Shown here: positions 1 to 9,793 of the stretch, in pieces | How the letters are laid out: each line of letters opens with the position of its first letter | Numbering within the stretch: position 1 is the stretch's first letter | Source of the DNA: Bdellovibrionota bacterium | Lineage (GTDB): Bacteria; Bdellovibrionota_C; UBA2361; JAAYZI01 | Length of the DNA stretch: 64,000 nucleotides | Assembly (NCBI GenBank): GCA_050950765.1 | Contig: JBMNIF010000002.1 | Span: forward strand, 960,001 to 1,024,000 | Direction of reading: 5' to 3' | Notes under the pieces: generated by a model | Seen by the model: the letters and a program-made list of their open reading frames with translations, nothing else | What the model was told of the DNA's origin: nothing | The model's database searches: none | Translations under genes and position numbers: made by a program

Positions 1-479
1 GCAAATTCATCTTTCCCAATCGATTGCAAAATATTCGGAATAGCTTTCTTATTAAGAAGAAAATTAAGTTTTTCACTCAACATACTGTTTTCAAAATCAT
101 CATTCATGCGTTTAATAGGAGAGCAATGTTTGATCCTGCTGTATGACATCAGCAAAATAGCCTTCCACTTATCTGGAAAATAACACCGAAGTCTTTCAAT
201 AATTGTTTTTTGATTGAGGATAAATTGAGATAAACCATACTCTCTGCACTTAATATTCACAGCAGGTACAAGGCTTCTCTTCTCACTTGGTATAAAACCG
301 TCCTCTTCTGTAATTCGTCCAAGTAATTTACCAGTAACTTTCACGCTCCTTTTCCTCTCAGGGTCATACTTATAGCTGTAGCTATATAGGTAATATCTCC
401 CATTGATAAGACGTACCTCTTTTCCTTTCTCTCGATATTTTGTTGCCCAATCAGGGTGTATTTTTGCTTTCTTTCCCAT
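1..479 (-). CDS. Transposase, IS1634-like (DDE), N-terminal part; runs off the window edge
   Basis: Hand translation from ATG at 479: MGKKAKIHPDWATKYREKGKEVRLINGRYYLYSYSYKYDPERKRSVKVTGKLLGRITEEDGFIPS..., open to position 1. Resembles the N-terminus of IS1634-family transposases. Not in the ORF track because it has no stop in the window. Confidence 0.75.
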   Translation of the reverse strand, partial: MGKKAKIHPDWATKYREKGKEVRLINGRYYLYSYSYKYDPERKRSVKVTGKLLGRITEEDGFIPSEKRSLVPAVNIKCREYGLSQFILNQKTIIERLRCYFPDKWKAILLMSYSRIKHCSPIKRMNDDFENSMLSEKLNFLLNKKAIPNILQSIGKDEF

Positions 480-602
480 ACCTAAATACGTATGTCAAAA
501 CAACAAAAAAGTCAACCCCCTTTTTTGTTAATTTTTAAAAAATTTCTATAGGTTATAACAATATGTTACTTTATTGTTACGTAAATCACAGAAAAGTTTG
601 GG
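1..602 (-). mobile_element. Insertion sequence, partial; putative left end near 602
   Basis: Transposase ORF plus about 120 bp AT-rich leader. The minus strand from 602 reads CCCAAACTTTTCTGTGATTTAC, a plausible terminal repeat. The partner end is outside the window, so the boundary is tentative. Confidence 0.5.
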
Positions 603-673
603 ATTAAAAGCTAATTGAAGAGAAATTAGGTAGGTATAATCTGTTCAAGTGAGATTATAAAAAATGAATAGGA

Positions 674-706
674 TCATAAAAGCACGCTAAAAGCGTGCTT
701 TTATGA
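674..706. terminator. Hairpin, probable intrinsic terminator of the 714..1163 gene
   Basis: Perfect 15 bp inverted repeat TCATAAAAGCACGCT / AGCGTGCTTTTATGA just downstream of the minus-strand stop. Confidence 0.7.
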
Positions 707-713
707 AGGTAAA

Positions 714-1163
714 TTACCACCTTGGTAGTGGCGGCATACGATCTCCGCGAGGAGGTCTCTGCTGACGGTATCCCTGCCCTGGATAACTGGGGCGGTAATC
801 TTGCGCAGGCGGACGGCGCACATCTTCTACATAACACATGCCGTGCTCTCGCCAGTCTCTACAAAATTCACGAGGAACTCCAGCACTAGCACAGTTGTAA
901 GGACACGGTCTGGATTCTATATACCCTCTGGCACTAGGATCCGGTCTGCGTTGTGCTGGTGCAGGTGGCGCTGGAAGTCTACTACCTGGACGGGTATCTT
1001 CAACAAAGCATACTCCGTTTTGCTTCCAGTCGCGACAGTATCTTTTGGGAATTCCTAAAGTACGGCAGCTGTACGGACAAGCTCCCGATCTAACATCGGC
1101 AGCAACAAACTCCGGAGTTATGGCTAAGGATAAGAGGAGGAAAAGCAGTAAGCATCTTCTCAT
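714..1163 (-). CDS. Secreted Cys-rich repeat protein of unknown function
   Basis: Signal peptide, RBS (AGGAG), two copies of a CPYxCxxxGxPxxxCRDWxxxGxCxVED module, Pro/Arg-rich linkers. Confidence 0.75.
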   Translation of the reverse strand: MRRCLLLFLLLSLAITPEFVAADVRSGACPYSCRTLGIPKRYCRDWKQNGVCFVEDTRPGSRLPAPPAPAQRRPDPSARGYIESRPCPYNCASAGVPREFCRDWREHGMCYVEDVRRPPAQDYRPSYPGQGYRQQRPPRGDRMPPLPRW

Positions 1164-1524
1164 TTATTTTTTCTCCTTAAATACACTCTCTGCTAAAGTA
1201 TTTATCGAGTAAGTAATATCTTGTCAGTATATTACCGAACACTCTTTAAAAATGCGAATGCGTTAGCGGTTTCTATTTGTGATCTCTTTAAGTAGATCCA
1301 ACGTACCGCTTGGCAGACTTTAGCACTCTCTTTTTATAAGAACAATCTCTAGAAAACCTTGCAATAGCTATAATAAAATAACTTTAGAAGGGGCATTTTA
1401 AGATAAAAAAAGTGGTAAATAAATGGGTACTAAAGGGATAAGAAAGAAAGATACCCTGAAGGGGTTGAGCCTTGTTGATTACCTGCAAGTTAGGATCCCC
1501 TTCTTTTTAGAGAAGGTAAAAAAG

Positions 1525-1601
1525 TGGCACGCCCTGAGGGATTCGAACCCCCGACCTTCTGGTTCGAAGCCAGACACTCTATCCAGCTAAGCTAAGGGCG
1601 C
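1525..1601 (-). tRNA. tRNA-Arg(UCG)
   Basis: Reverse complement GCGCCCTTAGCTTAGCTGGATAGAGTGTCTGGCTTCGAACCAGAAGGTCGGGGGTTCGAATCCCTCAGGGCGTGCCA; cloverleaf, anticodon TCG, encoded CCA. Confidence 0.95.
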
Positions 1602-1804
1602 GCATTTATTAAATAGTGTTCGAATAACGGAGATAGTTGCATATAAAATGTTTTTTTTAAAGCTCCAGCTCTCATCAAAATATAATATTTTCGATTTTTT
1701 AGATATTTTTTTGATGCCTGTCTTCACGTCGTATTTTAGAGAGTGAAGCTTTTTGTAAAAACAACATAGGTGCATAGTGAAGGTATAAGAAAGAAGGGAA
1801 GTTT

Positions 1805-2479
1805 TTAGTGTTGCTTAAAAAAATGTGTAATATCAAAAAAACTTTCAAAGGAGTGTACTTCAATATCAGAGATGTTTGCAATTGATGGGAAGCAAGCGCC
1901 ATAGGCGGCATAAAAGAAAGGAACGCCGACAGTAGTTGCTGCGCTCTTATCACTTGAAGAATCTCCGATATAACACGGTGCTGTAAGGCGATTCCTTTCT
2001 ACGATGGTACGGATATTTTCAGCTTTCGATTTTTTATTATGACCGTGACAAAGAACATCTTTAAAAAGATGCCCGACAGTACTCGTTTTTAAAAAGAGAT
2101 TAAGGTATTCAATGCCGCAATTACTAACTAAAAAAAGTGGATATAAAGTTGATAGATCTGTTAGTCCGTCTGACACTCCGTCATATAGTGCTGCTTGCGG
2201 ATGCTCCGTAACGGCAGCATCTCCTGCTTCTAATAATTTTGAGAGGAGAGCATCTTTTAAATCGTCTGGGGCTCCTTCCGTTAAAATATGACTGTACTCT
2301 GAAAACGGTAAGCTATAAAGGTTGCGAACAAAAACTTCAGAGACACATTTATCTATACCGAAATCTTTATAGACTTTATTAAAAGCAAATACGACAGCAC
2401 GACTGCAATCCCAAAGGGTGCCGTCTAGATCAAAGATTAAAGAGTCAAACGTGTGGCGTTGTCCGTTCATAAGATACAA
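1805..2479 (-). CDS. HAD-superfamily hydrolase (phosphoglycolate phosphatase-like)
   Basis: Motifs FDLDGTLWD, LVSN, K, YIGDSSSD. Confidence 0.88.
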   Translation of the reverse strand: MYLMNGQRHTFDSLIFDLDGTLWDCSRAVVFAFNKVYKDFGIDKCVSEVFVRNLYSLPFSEYSHILTEGAPDDLKDALLSKLLEAGDAAVTEHPQAALYDGVSDGLTDLSTLYPLFLVSNCGIEYLNLFLKTSTVGHLFKDVLCHGHNKKSKAENIRTIVERNRLTAPCYIGDSSSDKSAATTVGVPFFYAAYGACFPSIANISDIEVHSFESFFDITHFFKQH

Positions 2480-2505
2480 TCATTATCGGTGCGCTATGTG
2501 TAAGC

Positions 2506-3777
2506 TTAATCATTACGTGAAGCGCTCTCACCTATCTGCCAACAAACAACCTTTTTTCTGCGTTGTGCCACAACTAAAGAGTTGTTCGGAAACTCGGAGG
2601 GGCACTTATGACCACGCCAATGTTGACGGTTGCCGTTAGCACGACCTGAAAAATAGAGGTCTTCTAAAACAGCATCGTTTTTCATAATGCGAACGGTGCT
2701 AAAGTTTTTATACTGCGTCGGTAATAGAACCACAACCTTTCCATTATTATCAGATTTTTTCCAGAGGAAGCCCTCAGCACCATCTCTAGCGGGAAGTATC
2801 TCTGAGCACAAGTTCTGATCGCCAACAGCGGTAAAATGAACATTAACCGTTCTTAAAAACTTATTATCAGAAGGGATTAGATCTTGCCATAAAATAATCT
2901 TATTTAAAGGGTCGAAGGCGTAGATGGCACGTCCTCTACGTAATAATAAGGCGTTACTTGGTGCTGTAATACCGTTAATAAAATTATACGGAACAAGATC
3001 GGTATAAGTCGGAACTTTTAAGGTCTGCCTTTGACGTTCAAGGTTTTGATAAAAGATAATACTATTCGGCTCTCTATTCTGTCTCGTCCTAGTGAGTGCA
3101 ATATCAAGGAGGCCATCTCCATTTAAGTCGGCAAAAAATAGATCTGATACTTTCCTTGTCGCTCTTTTAAAAATAACGTCCCCTGTATTGCTATCAAAAA
3201 CGCGTAAGGCAAAGATATTATCGCTACCACTACGGCGATGTAATACACCTAAATCATCTTTCCCATCACCGTTAGCATCTCCGCAAGAGGCGTTCTCTAT
3301 AACGGCACCTGCTGAGAGGGGAAGTTTTGTTTCTGTAACAGTTGTGTCAAGAGCAGAGCGGAAATATAACGTATTATTACGGATGTATGCGAGGTCATCC
3401 AGATTGTCGCCGTCAAAATCACACCCCCCGATAATGATATCTCCGACGCTTCCGAAAGAGAGGGTTTCAGCGCTATCTTTAAAAGTCCAGATAAATTCCT
3501 TATCAACTGTTTTAATGACACCGAAATTCCAACCCCTCCCGAAATAATCTCCGTGAACTTCAAGGTCGTTACGTTTTCCGAACTCGAGTGGATCTAGGGG
3601 GGCTCCCGCTGTATCATAACGGTGGTACACCAACTCGTTAGGTGAATCATCGTACTGTGTTTCCACAAATCCGAAAGACCACGTGCCTGCATCTTCTCCG
3701 AATGATAACGATGGGAATAGTAAGGAGAACGTTAAAGCAAAAAGGAGTTTTTTGTAGGTGTGGCTATTAAAATTCAT
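2506..3777 (-). CDS. Secreted FG-GAP/VCBS-repeat protein
   Basis: Signal peptide; Ca-binding repeats DFDGDNLDD, DANGDGKDD, DLNGDGLLD; distinct C-terminal domain (GFLWK...VVVLLP...NGNRQHWR). Confidence 0.75.
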   Translation of the reverse strand: MNFNSHTYKKLLFALTFSLLFPSLSFGEDAGTWSFGFVETQYDDSPNELVYHRYDTAGAPLDPLEFGKRNDLEVHGDYFGRGWNFGVIKTVDKEFIWTFKDSAETLSFGSVGDIIIGGCDFDGDNLDDLAYIRNNTLYFRSALDTTVTETKLPLSAGAVIENASCGDANGDGKDDLGVLHRRSGSDNIFALRVFDSNTGDVIFKRATRKVSDLFFADLNGDGLLDIALTRTRQNREPNSIIFYQNLERQRQTLKVPTYTDLVPYNFINGITAPSNALLLRRGRAIYAFDPLNKIILWQDLIPSDNKFLRTVNVHFTAVGDQNLCSEILPARDGAEGFLWKKSDNNGKVVVLLPTQYKNFSTVRIMKNDAVLEDLYFSGRANGNRQHWRGHKCPSEFPNNSLVVAQRRKKVVCWQIGESASRND

Positions 3778-3977
3778 TATGAGTTCCTTTAAAGCGTGCT
3801 GGTGCTAAAAATGTGATTTTAAACACCGTGTATATGCACACAATTTAATTGCAGAGGAAAAACAAAAATCAGGTGATGAAGTGTAACCTCCACCATATCT
3901 ATATCGGTCGCATCACGCTTAAACTTAAGAATTAAGGGAGGTACTTGTATTTAATGCGAATTTTGATGGTCGCTCGC

Positions 3978-5288
3978 TCAAACTTTGCGATTATAACGTC
4001 TGATGGTGTTGTAATAATCTTTTATCTGTTGGTCGATAATAATGTCATTTGGTCGAAGAGGACGACGTAACGAAATGTCGTCCATAGCACGAGAGCGGCT
4101 TAAAGCTACATAAGCCTGTCCTGCGGCAAAGACTCTATTCCCGAAATCAATAACGGTACGTTCCAACGTCATCCCTTGACATTTGTGGATAGTGGCAGCC
4201 CAAGCTAGCTTCAATGGTAATTGTTTGTAAGATCCAGATACTTCGGGGATGATGCGGTCTTCTTTTTCGTCATACTGATATGAATAAGTTTCCCAAACAA
4301 CAGAATCAACAGAGTGAAGCTCTTTTGTTTCTGAAAGTTCAACTGTAACACTATTTTTATGAATCGATCTAATATGACCGAGAGTGCCATTCATCCAACG
4401 ACCATCAGGATCGTTCTTCGTAAACATTACTTGAGCGTCCTGTTTTAAAATAAGATCGGCGGGGGAGGGTAGCCTCTCCTGTTTCATCTCAAACTTGCCG
4501 CTAGCCTTACCTTGAAATATAGCGGGGGTGCCATGAAGCGCCTGTAAGCGGGTGTTGTTAATCTGTTCTGATAAGGCGTTGGTCGTAGTTAAAACTACGG
4601 AGTCGCCCTCTAAGGTGCGTCCTACACAGTGTTGATTTAATTCTGCGATAGCATCTTCAAAATCTTCTGCTTCACGGATTGATTCCAAAATAGAGATAAA
4701 CCTTGCGTCCTTTTGGCGATAGATGGTGTTTAACTCTACAAAATCAAGTGCGACATCTTGAATGCAGTTTGCACTAAAGAAAAATTGAGTATCATATTTT
4801 CTAGCCAAGAGCGCGCGCTCCTGTTCTGAAGCTACAACTGGTGGTAGTTGAAAAAGATCTCCAACTACTAAAACTTGTACACCGCCAAAAGGTTCGCGCT
4901 TGCCACGATTTATTTTGAGAGCTTCATTTACGAGGTCAAGCAGGTCGGCACGCACCATAGAAATTTCATCAATAATGAGTAGCTCTAATTTCTCTAATAA
5001 CTTTCTATCGCGTGAGCGGCGTAAAGAGGAGATATCAGGCGGGACTGCTGGGAGTTTAAAAAATGAATGAATAGTCTGTCCTCCAACGTTGAGAGCTGCC
5101 AGTCCGGTTGGAGCCAAAACAGCGAAGTGTTTGTTGCAGACCTGTTTTATATACTCTATGCAGGTGGATTTACCGGTTCCAGCTCTACCAGTCAGGAAAA
5201 TAAAGGGGGAGCCGAGATCAAGTAGATCTTTTACACGTAGAAAGTCTCCATTTAACTCAATTTGAGAGGTATCAGATCGTATCGGCAT
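3978..5288 (-). CDS. PIF1-family (SF1B) DNA helicase
   Basis: Motifs GRAGTGKS, DEISM, GDLFQLPP, TIHKCQG, YVALSR. Confidence 0.9.
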   Translation of the reverse strand: MPIRSDTSQIELNGDFLRVKDLLDLGSPFIFLTGRAGTGKSTCIEYIKQVCNKHFAVLAPTGLAALNVGGQTIHSFFKLPAVPPDISSLRRSRDRKLLEKLELLIIDEISMVRADLLDLVNEALKINRGKREPFGGVQVLVVGDLFQLPPVVASEQERALLARKYDTQFFFSANCIQDVALDFVELNTIYRQKDARFISILESIREAEDFEDAIAELNQHCVGRTLEGDSVVLTTTNALSEQINNTRLQALHGTPAIFQGKASGKFEMKQERLPSPADLILKQDAQVMFTKNDPDGRWMNGTLGHIRSIHKNSVTVELSETKELHSVDSVVWETYSYQYDEKEDRIIPEVSGSYKQLPLKLAWAATIHKCQGMTLERTVIDFGNRVFAAGQAYVALSRSRAMDDISLRRPLRPNDIIIDQQIKDYYNTIRRYNRKV

Positions 5289-5440
5289 AGATATTTAATA
5301 ATAATTTAAGAGTGTTAGTATAAGGTAAAACGGTTTTGTAACACGGATCCTTTTATCGATAAAGATATGCTTTGAGAAGGTGATACCATAAAACCCCAAC
5401 CATAAAACCTAGTATCGTAAAAAAGATTTATACCGTAAAA

Positions 5441-5700
5441 GTTAGTTAAAAGGGGCCAGGTCTCTGTGATTCGTCTGACTAACGTTTGATTAACAGGTCT
5501 AGTAAAAATTTTAGTTAAGGGTGGGGTAAAAGGGGCTAGGTCTCTGTGATGCGTTTGAGCAACGTTTGATTAACAGGTCTAGTAAAAACTTTAGTTAAGG
5601 GTGGGGTAAAAAGGATGGCTAGGTCTCTGTGATCTCTTGGCGGATCAGTGTTTGGCTTAAAAAGGTCTAGTAAAAACTCAAGTTAAGGGGGAAAAAGGTG
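5441..5700. repeat. Tandem repeat, about 80-83 bp x3, diverged
   Basis: AGGTCTCTGTGAT at 5458, 5538 and 5621; AGGTCTAGTAAAAA...GTTAAGGG in each unit. Confidence 0.9.
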
Positions 5701-5877
5701 GGAGACACTACCTTAGCCACCTTAGGGGGGGTAAAAAGGGTCAAAAAGGGTGATTATCCGTTAATTATGTAAAAAAATATTTAATATCTAGATAGGTGTA
5801 ATATCTGGAAAATTATTGCTTTTAGCTTTAACTACTTTAAAGTAGTAACTTTTTTTAAAATATTATGCAAAAAAAAC

Positions 5878-5940
5878 TTGACGGTGGGGCACTTTGTGGG
5901 GTACAAAGCAAGAAGTGGGGCAAAGTGGGACATAGTGGCA
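5878..5940 (+). promoter_or_regulatory. mraZ/dcw promoter with MraZ-binding GTGGG boxes
   Basis: TTGACG (5878)-18 bp-TACAAA (5902); GTGG(G) at 5884, 5896, 5915, 5925 and 5935. The last three are 10 bp apart, as known for MraZ operators. Confidence 0.75.
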
Positions 5941-6061
5941 TGTTGCAGATCGCTTCTTCATGATACTTCTCCTCCTTAGATACTTACCCCATAAAGGAGC
6001 AATCCGCGATTTGTCGATAGGTTTAACTTAGCCTTTCAGTTTTTTTCTGTGGGCCGTCTTT

Positions 6062-6583
6062 ATGGACGAGGTTAAGAATGACTCAGGTTTTAGCGATGCG
6101 CTGAGCGAGGGTGAGTTATCACCTTCGCTCTCGTTTCGTGGTAATTTTGTTCACTCGGTTGACGAAAAGGGACGAGTGAGCCTTCCTTCAGAATTCAGAA
6201 AAATTTTAGCGTCTAATAACGAGAGTAGGATTGTTTTGACTAACTATATTTCCGATGGAGCACGGTGCTTGGAGGGGTTTGCACTTACAAGTTGGCTTGA
6301 TTTCGAAAATAAATTACGTCAAAAAAGTAGGTTCAGTGCGAAATTGCAAAAGTTAGAGAACTTCTATTTAAGTCGCGCTGCTGAATGCAGCATAGATAGT
6401 AGTGGAAGAGTCCTTCTCCCGCAACATTTAAGGTCTTACGCCGGTATTGAAAAAGATGTCACCTTTACCTCTTCAATTCACGGCTTTCGTATTTGGGATA
6501 CTCGCGTCTGGGATGTCATCTTTGCAGCGGCGGAAGCTGCTTTGATGGCAAATCCTGATCTTTTTGCTGATGTGGATATATAG
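6062..6583 (+). CDS. mraZ: Division/cell wall cluster repressor MraZ
   Basis: Two DxxGR motifs (DEKGRV, DSSGRV); first gene of the dcw cluster. Confidence 0.95.
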   Translation: MDEVKNDSGFSDALSEGELSPSLSFRGNFVHSVDEKGRVSLPSEFRKILASNNESRIVLTNYISDGARCLEGFALTSWLDFENKLRQKSRFSAKLQKLENFYLSRAAECSIDSSGRVLLPQHLRSYAGIEKDVTFTSSIHGFRIWDTRVWDVIFAAAEAALMANPDLFADVDI

Positions 6584-6590
6584 AAAAGGT

Positions 6591-7511
6591 ATGGGAATGG
6601 GGAAGAGTGTTCACATACCGGTTATGTTGCAGGAGACATTGGCTGCTCTTGGCGCTGAAGGTGGCGGGAAATTCTTGGATTGCACCTTAGGTGGTGCTGG
6701 ACATGCGAGAGCAATTTTAGGTGCTAACGCAAGTAATACACTTTATGCCATTGATCGAGATCCAACAGCTATTGAACGTGCAAGAGAAGAGTTCTCCGAA
6801 GAGATCGCAGCAAAACGGATGACAGTTGTGCAAGGTGCATTTTCTGATTTAGCGCACCTTTTTACTAATGAATCTTTTTCCGGAATCTTAGCAGATCTGG
6901 GAACTTCCGTTGATCAGTTGCAGGGGGATAGGGGTTTTTCCTTTAATGATAAAGGACCTCTCGATATGCGAATGGATCCCACTGCAGCACGTAGCGCTAA
7001 ACAGGTGGTTAATGAAACATCGGAACGTGAACTGTATGCAATTTTAAAGCGCGGCGGTGTAGGGCTTGAAGCGCGTGCGGTTGTAAAAGCAATCGTTGCT
7101 GCAAGACCGTTATTAACAACGGCAGATCTGGCTGAAAGTGTAAGAAAAGCCGCTCTTGGAAAAACAAATAAAGGCTTTGATCCAGCGACGGTGACTTTTC
7201 AAGCTATTCGAATTGAGGTCAATCAAGAGTTGGATGAGATAGATGCGTTGCTTGAGACGGTAAAAAAATTACTCCGTTCAAAAGGGCGTCTGGTAGTTAT
7301 CAGTTTTCATTCTTTAGAAGATAAGATCGTTGCAAAAAAGATGCGGGAGTGGAGCGGTGCAGATACTGAACCTGCAAATTGGCCGGGGAGACATACGGTG
7401 CAGCCGTTTGGAAAGCTCTTAACGAAGAAAGCTCTTTTCCCCACTGAAAAAGAGGTTGTTGAAAATTCGAAATCACGCAGTGCGCGCTTACGGATTTTCG
7501 AGAGGTATTAA
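6591..7511 (+). CDS. rsmH: 16S rRNA m4C1402 methyltransferase RsmH
   Basis: Motifs HIPVML, DCTLGGAGH, PLDMRMD, FQAIRIEVN, SFHSLED, SRSARLR. Start moved to the ATG after the mraZ stop. Confidence 0.95.
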   Translation: MGMGKSVHIPVMLQETLAALGAEGGGKFLDCTLGGAGHARAILGANASNTLYAIDRDPTAIERAREEFSEEIAAKRMTVVQGAFSDLAHLFTNESFSGILADLGTSVDQLQGDRGFSFNDKGPLDMRMDPTAARSAKQVVNETSERELYAILKRGGVGLEARAVVKAIVAARPLLTTADLAESVRKAALGKTNKGFDPATVTFQAIRIEVNQELDEIDALLETVKKLLRSKGRLVVISFHSLEDKIVAKKMREWSGADTEPANWPGRHTVQPFGKLLTKKALFPTEKEVVENSKSRSARLRIFERY

Positions 7512-7575
7512 GATAAAAAAATCGTTTTTCTGAAGTTGTGTTTTTTTGAGTTGAGTTGTGTGGAGGGATTAAGAA

Positions 7576-7899
7576 ATGAGGGGTGCTGTTTGTTTAGATT
7601 ATCAATCTGTTTATTGTACCAAGCAAGAAACAGTTAGTTCATGGTCATTATCATTAGTGTCTGCCGTGTTTTTATTATTGGCGCTTGGTTTTAAGATCTG
7701 GATCGGTATTAACTCCACAGCTCTCGGATATCAGTTGGCAGAAGAACGAACCCGCGCGGTTAATTATGATATGCAGCGACGTGAGTTAGAGTTGCAACTT
7801 TCAATATTATTAAGACCCGATAATTTAGCTCAACACGCTAAAGAATCACTCGGATTACAGGCATTAAATCCAAAGCAAGCAAGAAGAATAGTTTACTAA
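7576..7899 (+). CDS. ftsL: Cell division protein FtsL
   Basis: Small bitopic protein, transmembrane helix plus coiled coil, located between rsmH and ftsI. Confidence 0.75.
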   Translation: MRGAVCLDYQSVYCTKQETVSSWSLSLVSAVFLLLALGFKIWIGINSTALGYQLAEERTRAVNYDMQRRELELQLSILLRPDNLAQHAKESLGLQALNPKQARRIVY

Positions 7900-7916
7900 A
7901 AAGGGATTGAGCAAGG

Positions 7917-9758
7917 ATGAAGGGAGGGGGGGCTTGTAAAATTCCTTATGATTATGCTGCTCAGGTGAAGCGTGCCTCAAGAGGCTCTGTGCAAGCAAGA
8001 GGACGGCAACAACGCATTCTGTTTATTGCATTGTTGGCTGTGACGTGGAGTAGTATTTTGGTATTTCGACTCGCCTCATTGCAACTCTTTGCCGCAGATT
8101 TTTGGCAGAGTTGGGGTGTAAAACAACACTTTTCCGAAGTGAAGATAGCTTCTGAACGGGGTCCCGTTTATGATCGAAATGGGCAGCTTTTGGCAGTATC
8201 AGTTCCGGCAGGTTCTATTTATGTCAGACCTAAACAGGTTAAAGATAAAGAGTATACTACACTGGCTTTAACGGAAACTTTAGATATAGATCCCGTTCAG
8301 ATTAGAAAAGCGCTCAATTCAAAGCAGCCTTTTGTGTGGATAAAAAGACAGATTCCACGAGTTCATGCACAACGTGTGGAAGATCTCAAGCTGCCTGGGG
8401 TTGGACAGATTTTAGAGGCGAGGCGTTTTTATCCATATAATCAAGCAGGAAGTACCTTGATCGGTAGAGTTGGGATTGACGGAAATGGACTTTCCGGTCT
8501 TGAAGCTCGTTACGATCATCTGCTTTCCGGAGAGTTGTTAAAGACTAAAGTAACCAGAGATGCTTTAGGTAATATAATCCACGATCTTAATAGTGTAGAT
8601 GATCATTTTGAACTTCCGAAAGGGAGTGGTTTGCATTTAACGATTGATGCAGCCATGCAATATATCTTAGATGAAGAGTTGGAGATCGGTAGAGAAGCAG
8701 CTGGTGCAGCAGGTGCTTTGGGAGCGTTAGTTAATGCTGAAACAGGAGAGATCTTGGCGCTAGGGCAAGCACCATCATTCAACTTCAATGAAGATAAAGT
8801 TTCCTCACATAGTGCGCTGATAAATAAAACTGTTGAAACTGTTTTTGAACCAGGATCAATTATGAAGCCGATAGTTACGGCGGCGGCGTTAGATAGTGGT
8901 GTTGTTAAAGCAACTGATATCATAGATTGTGAAAGGGGGGCTTATCGATTCGGTGGACACACTATAAAAGACACTCATAAAGTTGGTGCTGTTTCTGTGC
9001 ATGATGTTGTGGTGCATTCTTCGAATATCGGGATGACGAAGATCGGTACTAAGCTAGGGAAAGATCGTCTGTATGATTCTTTAGAAAAATTCGGGTTTGG
9101 GCAAGCTATCGGATTAAACCTCCCAGGAGAAACAAAAGGAATTCTTAGAAAAAAAAGTGATTGGTCAACGGTTGATATCGCCACACATTCATTCGGGCAA
9201 GGGGTGGCGGTGACACCATTACAGATGTTGCGTGCCTTGTCGGCTATTGTAAATGGTGGTGTCATGCCGGAGTTAAGTATTATAGCTGGACAAAACGGTT
9301 ATGAAAGGGGACGGCGGGTGGTTTCAGAAAGTGCAGCAGCTGATGTTAGAGAGATGCTTTTCTCTGTTGTAGAAGATCAGCACGGTACTGGAAAACGTGC
9401 TGCTATTGATGGCGTGCGAATTGGTGGTAAAACAGGAACGGCACAGAAAGCGAGAAAAGATGGACGTGGTTACGCACAAGGTTTATACATGGCATCTTTT
9501 ATGGGGTTTGCAGATGCTAGTCAGATTAATTTAAAAGAGAAGTTGGCTTTGATAGTTGTTATTGATGAGCCGCATAAAGTTTCAATTTATGGTGGTACTT
9601 TAGCAGCTCCTGTTTTCAAAAACACTATGACGAGGGTCTTGCATCTCTTAGCGACAAGACATCAACTTAAAGGTTCTGCAAAGGAATTTAATAGGCCTCA
9701 ACCGTCGCAAGATTTACAACCTTCTGATGGCTTAGTTAATGCGGCTTATAAATTCTAA
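7917..9758 (+). CDS. ftsI: Class B penicillin-binding protein FtsI/PBP3
   Basis: Motifs RGPVYDRNG, RFYP, EPGSIMK (SxxK), SSN, KTGT intact. Confidence 0.93.
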   Translation: MKGGGACKIPYDYAAQVKRASRGSVQARGRQQRILFIALLAVTWSSILVFRLASLQLFAADFWQSWGVKQHFSEVKIASERGPVYDRNGQLLAVSVPAGSIYVRPKQVKDKEYTTLALTETLDIDPVQIRKALNSKQPFVWIKRQIPRVHAQRVEDLKLPGVGQILEARRFYPYNQAGSTLIGRVGIDGNGLSGLEARYDHLLSGELLKTKVTRDALGNIIHDLNSVDDHFELPKGSGLHLTIDAAMQYILDEELEIGREAAGAAGALGALVNAETGEILALGQAPSFNFNEDKVSSHSALINKTVETVFEPGSIMKPIVTAAALDSGVVKATDIIDCERGAYRFGGHTIKDTHKVGAVSVHDVVVHSSNIGMTKIGTKLGKDRLYDSLEKFGFGQAIGLNLPGETKGILRKKSDWSTVDIATHSFGQGVAVTPLQMLRALSAIVNGGVMPELSIIAGQNGYERGRRVVSESAAADVREMLFSVVEDQHGTGKRAAIDGVRIGGKTGTAQKARKDGRGYAQGLYMASFMGFADASQINLKEKLALIVVIDEPHKVSIYGGTLAAPVFKNTMTRVLHLLATRHQLKGSAKEFNRPQPSQDLQPSDGLVNAAYKF

Positions 9759-9793
9759 AACAGTTTACTCCCGTGAAAGCGTTTTATTAAATC

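Noticed and set aside
1..1601. tRNA-anchored genomic island or prophage
   Set aside because: No integrase, phage genes or duplicated tRNA 3' end visible; only an IS fragment. Sequence beyond the left edge cannot be assessed.
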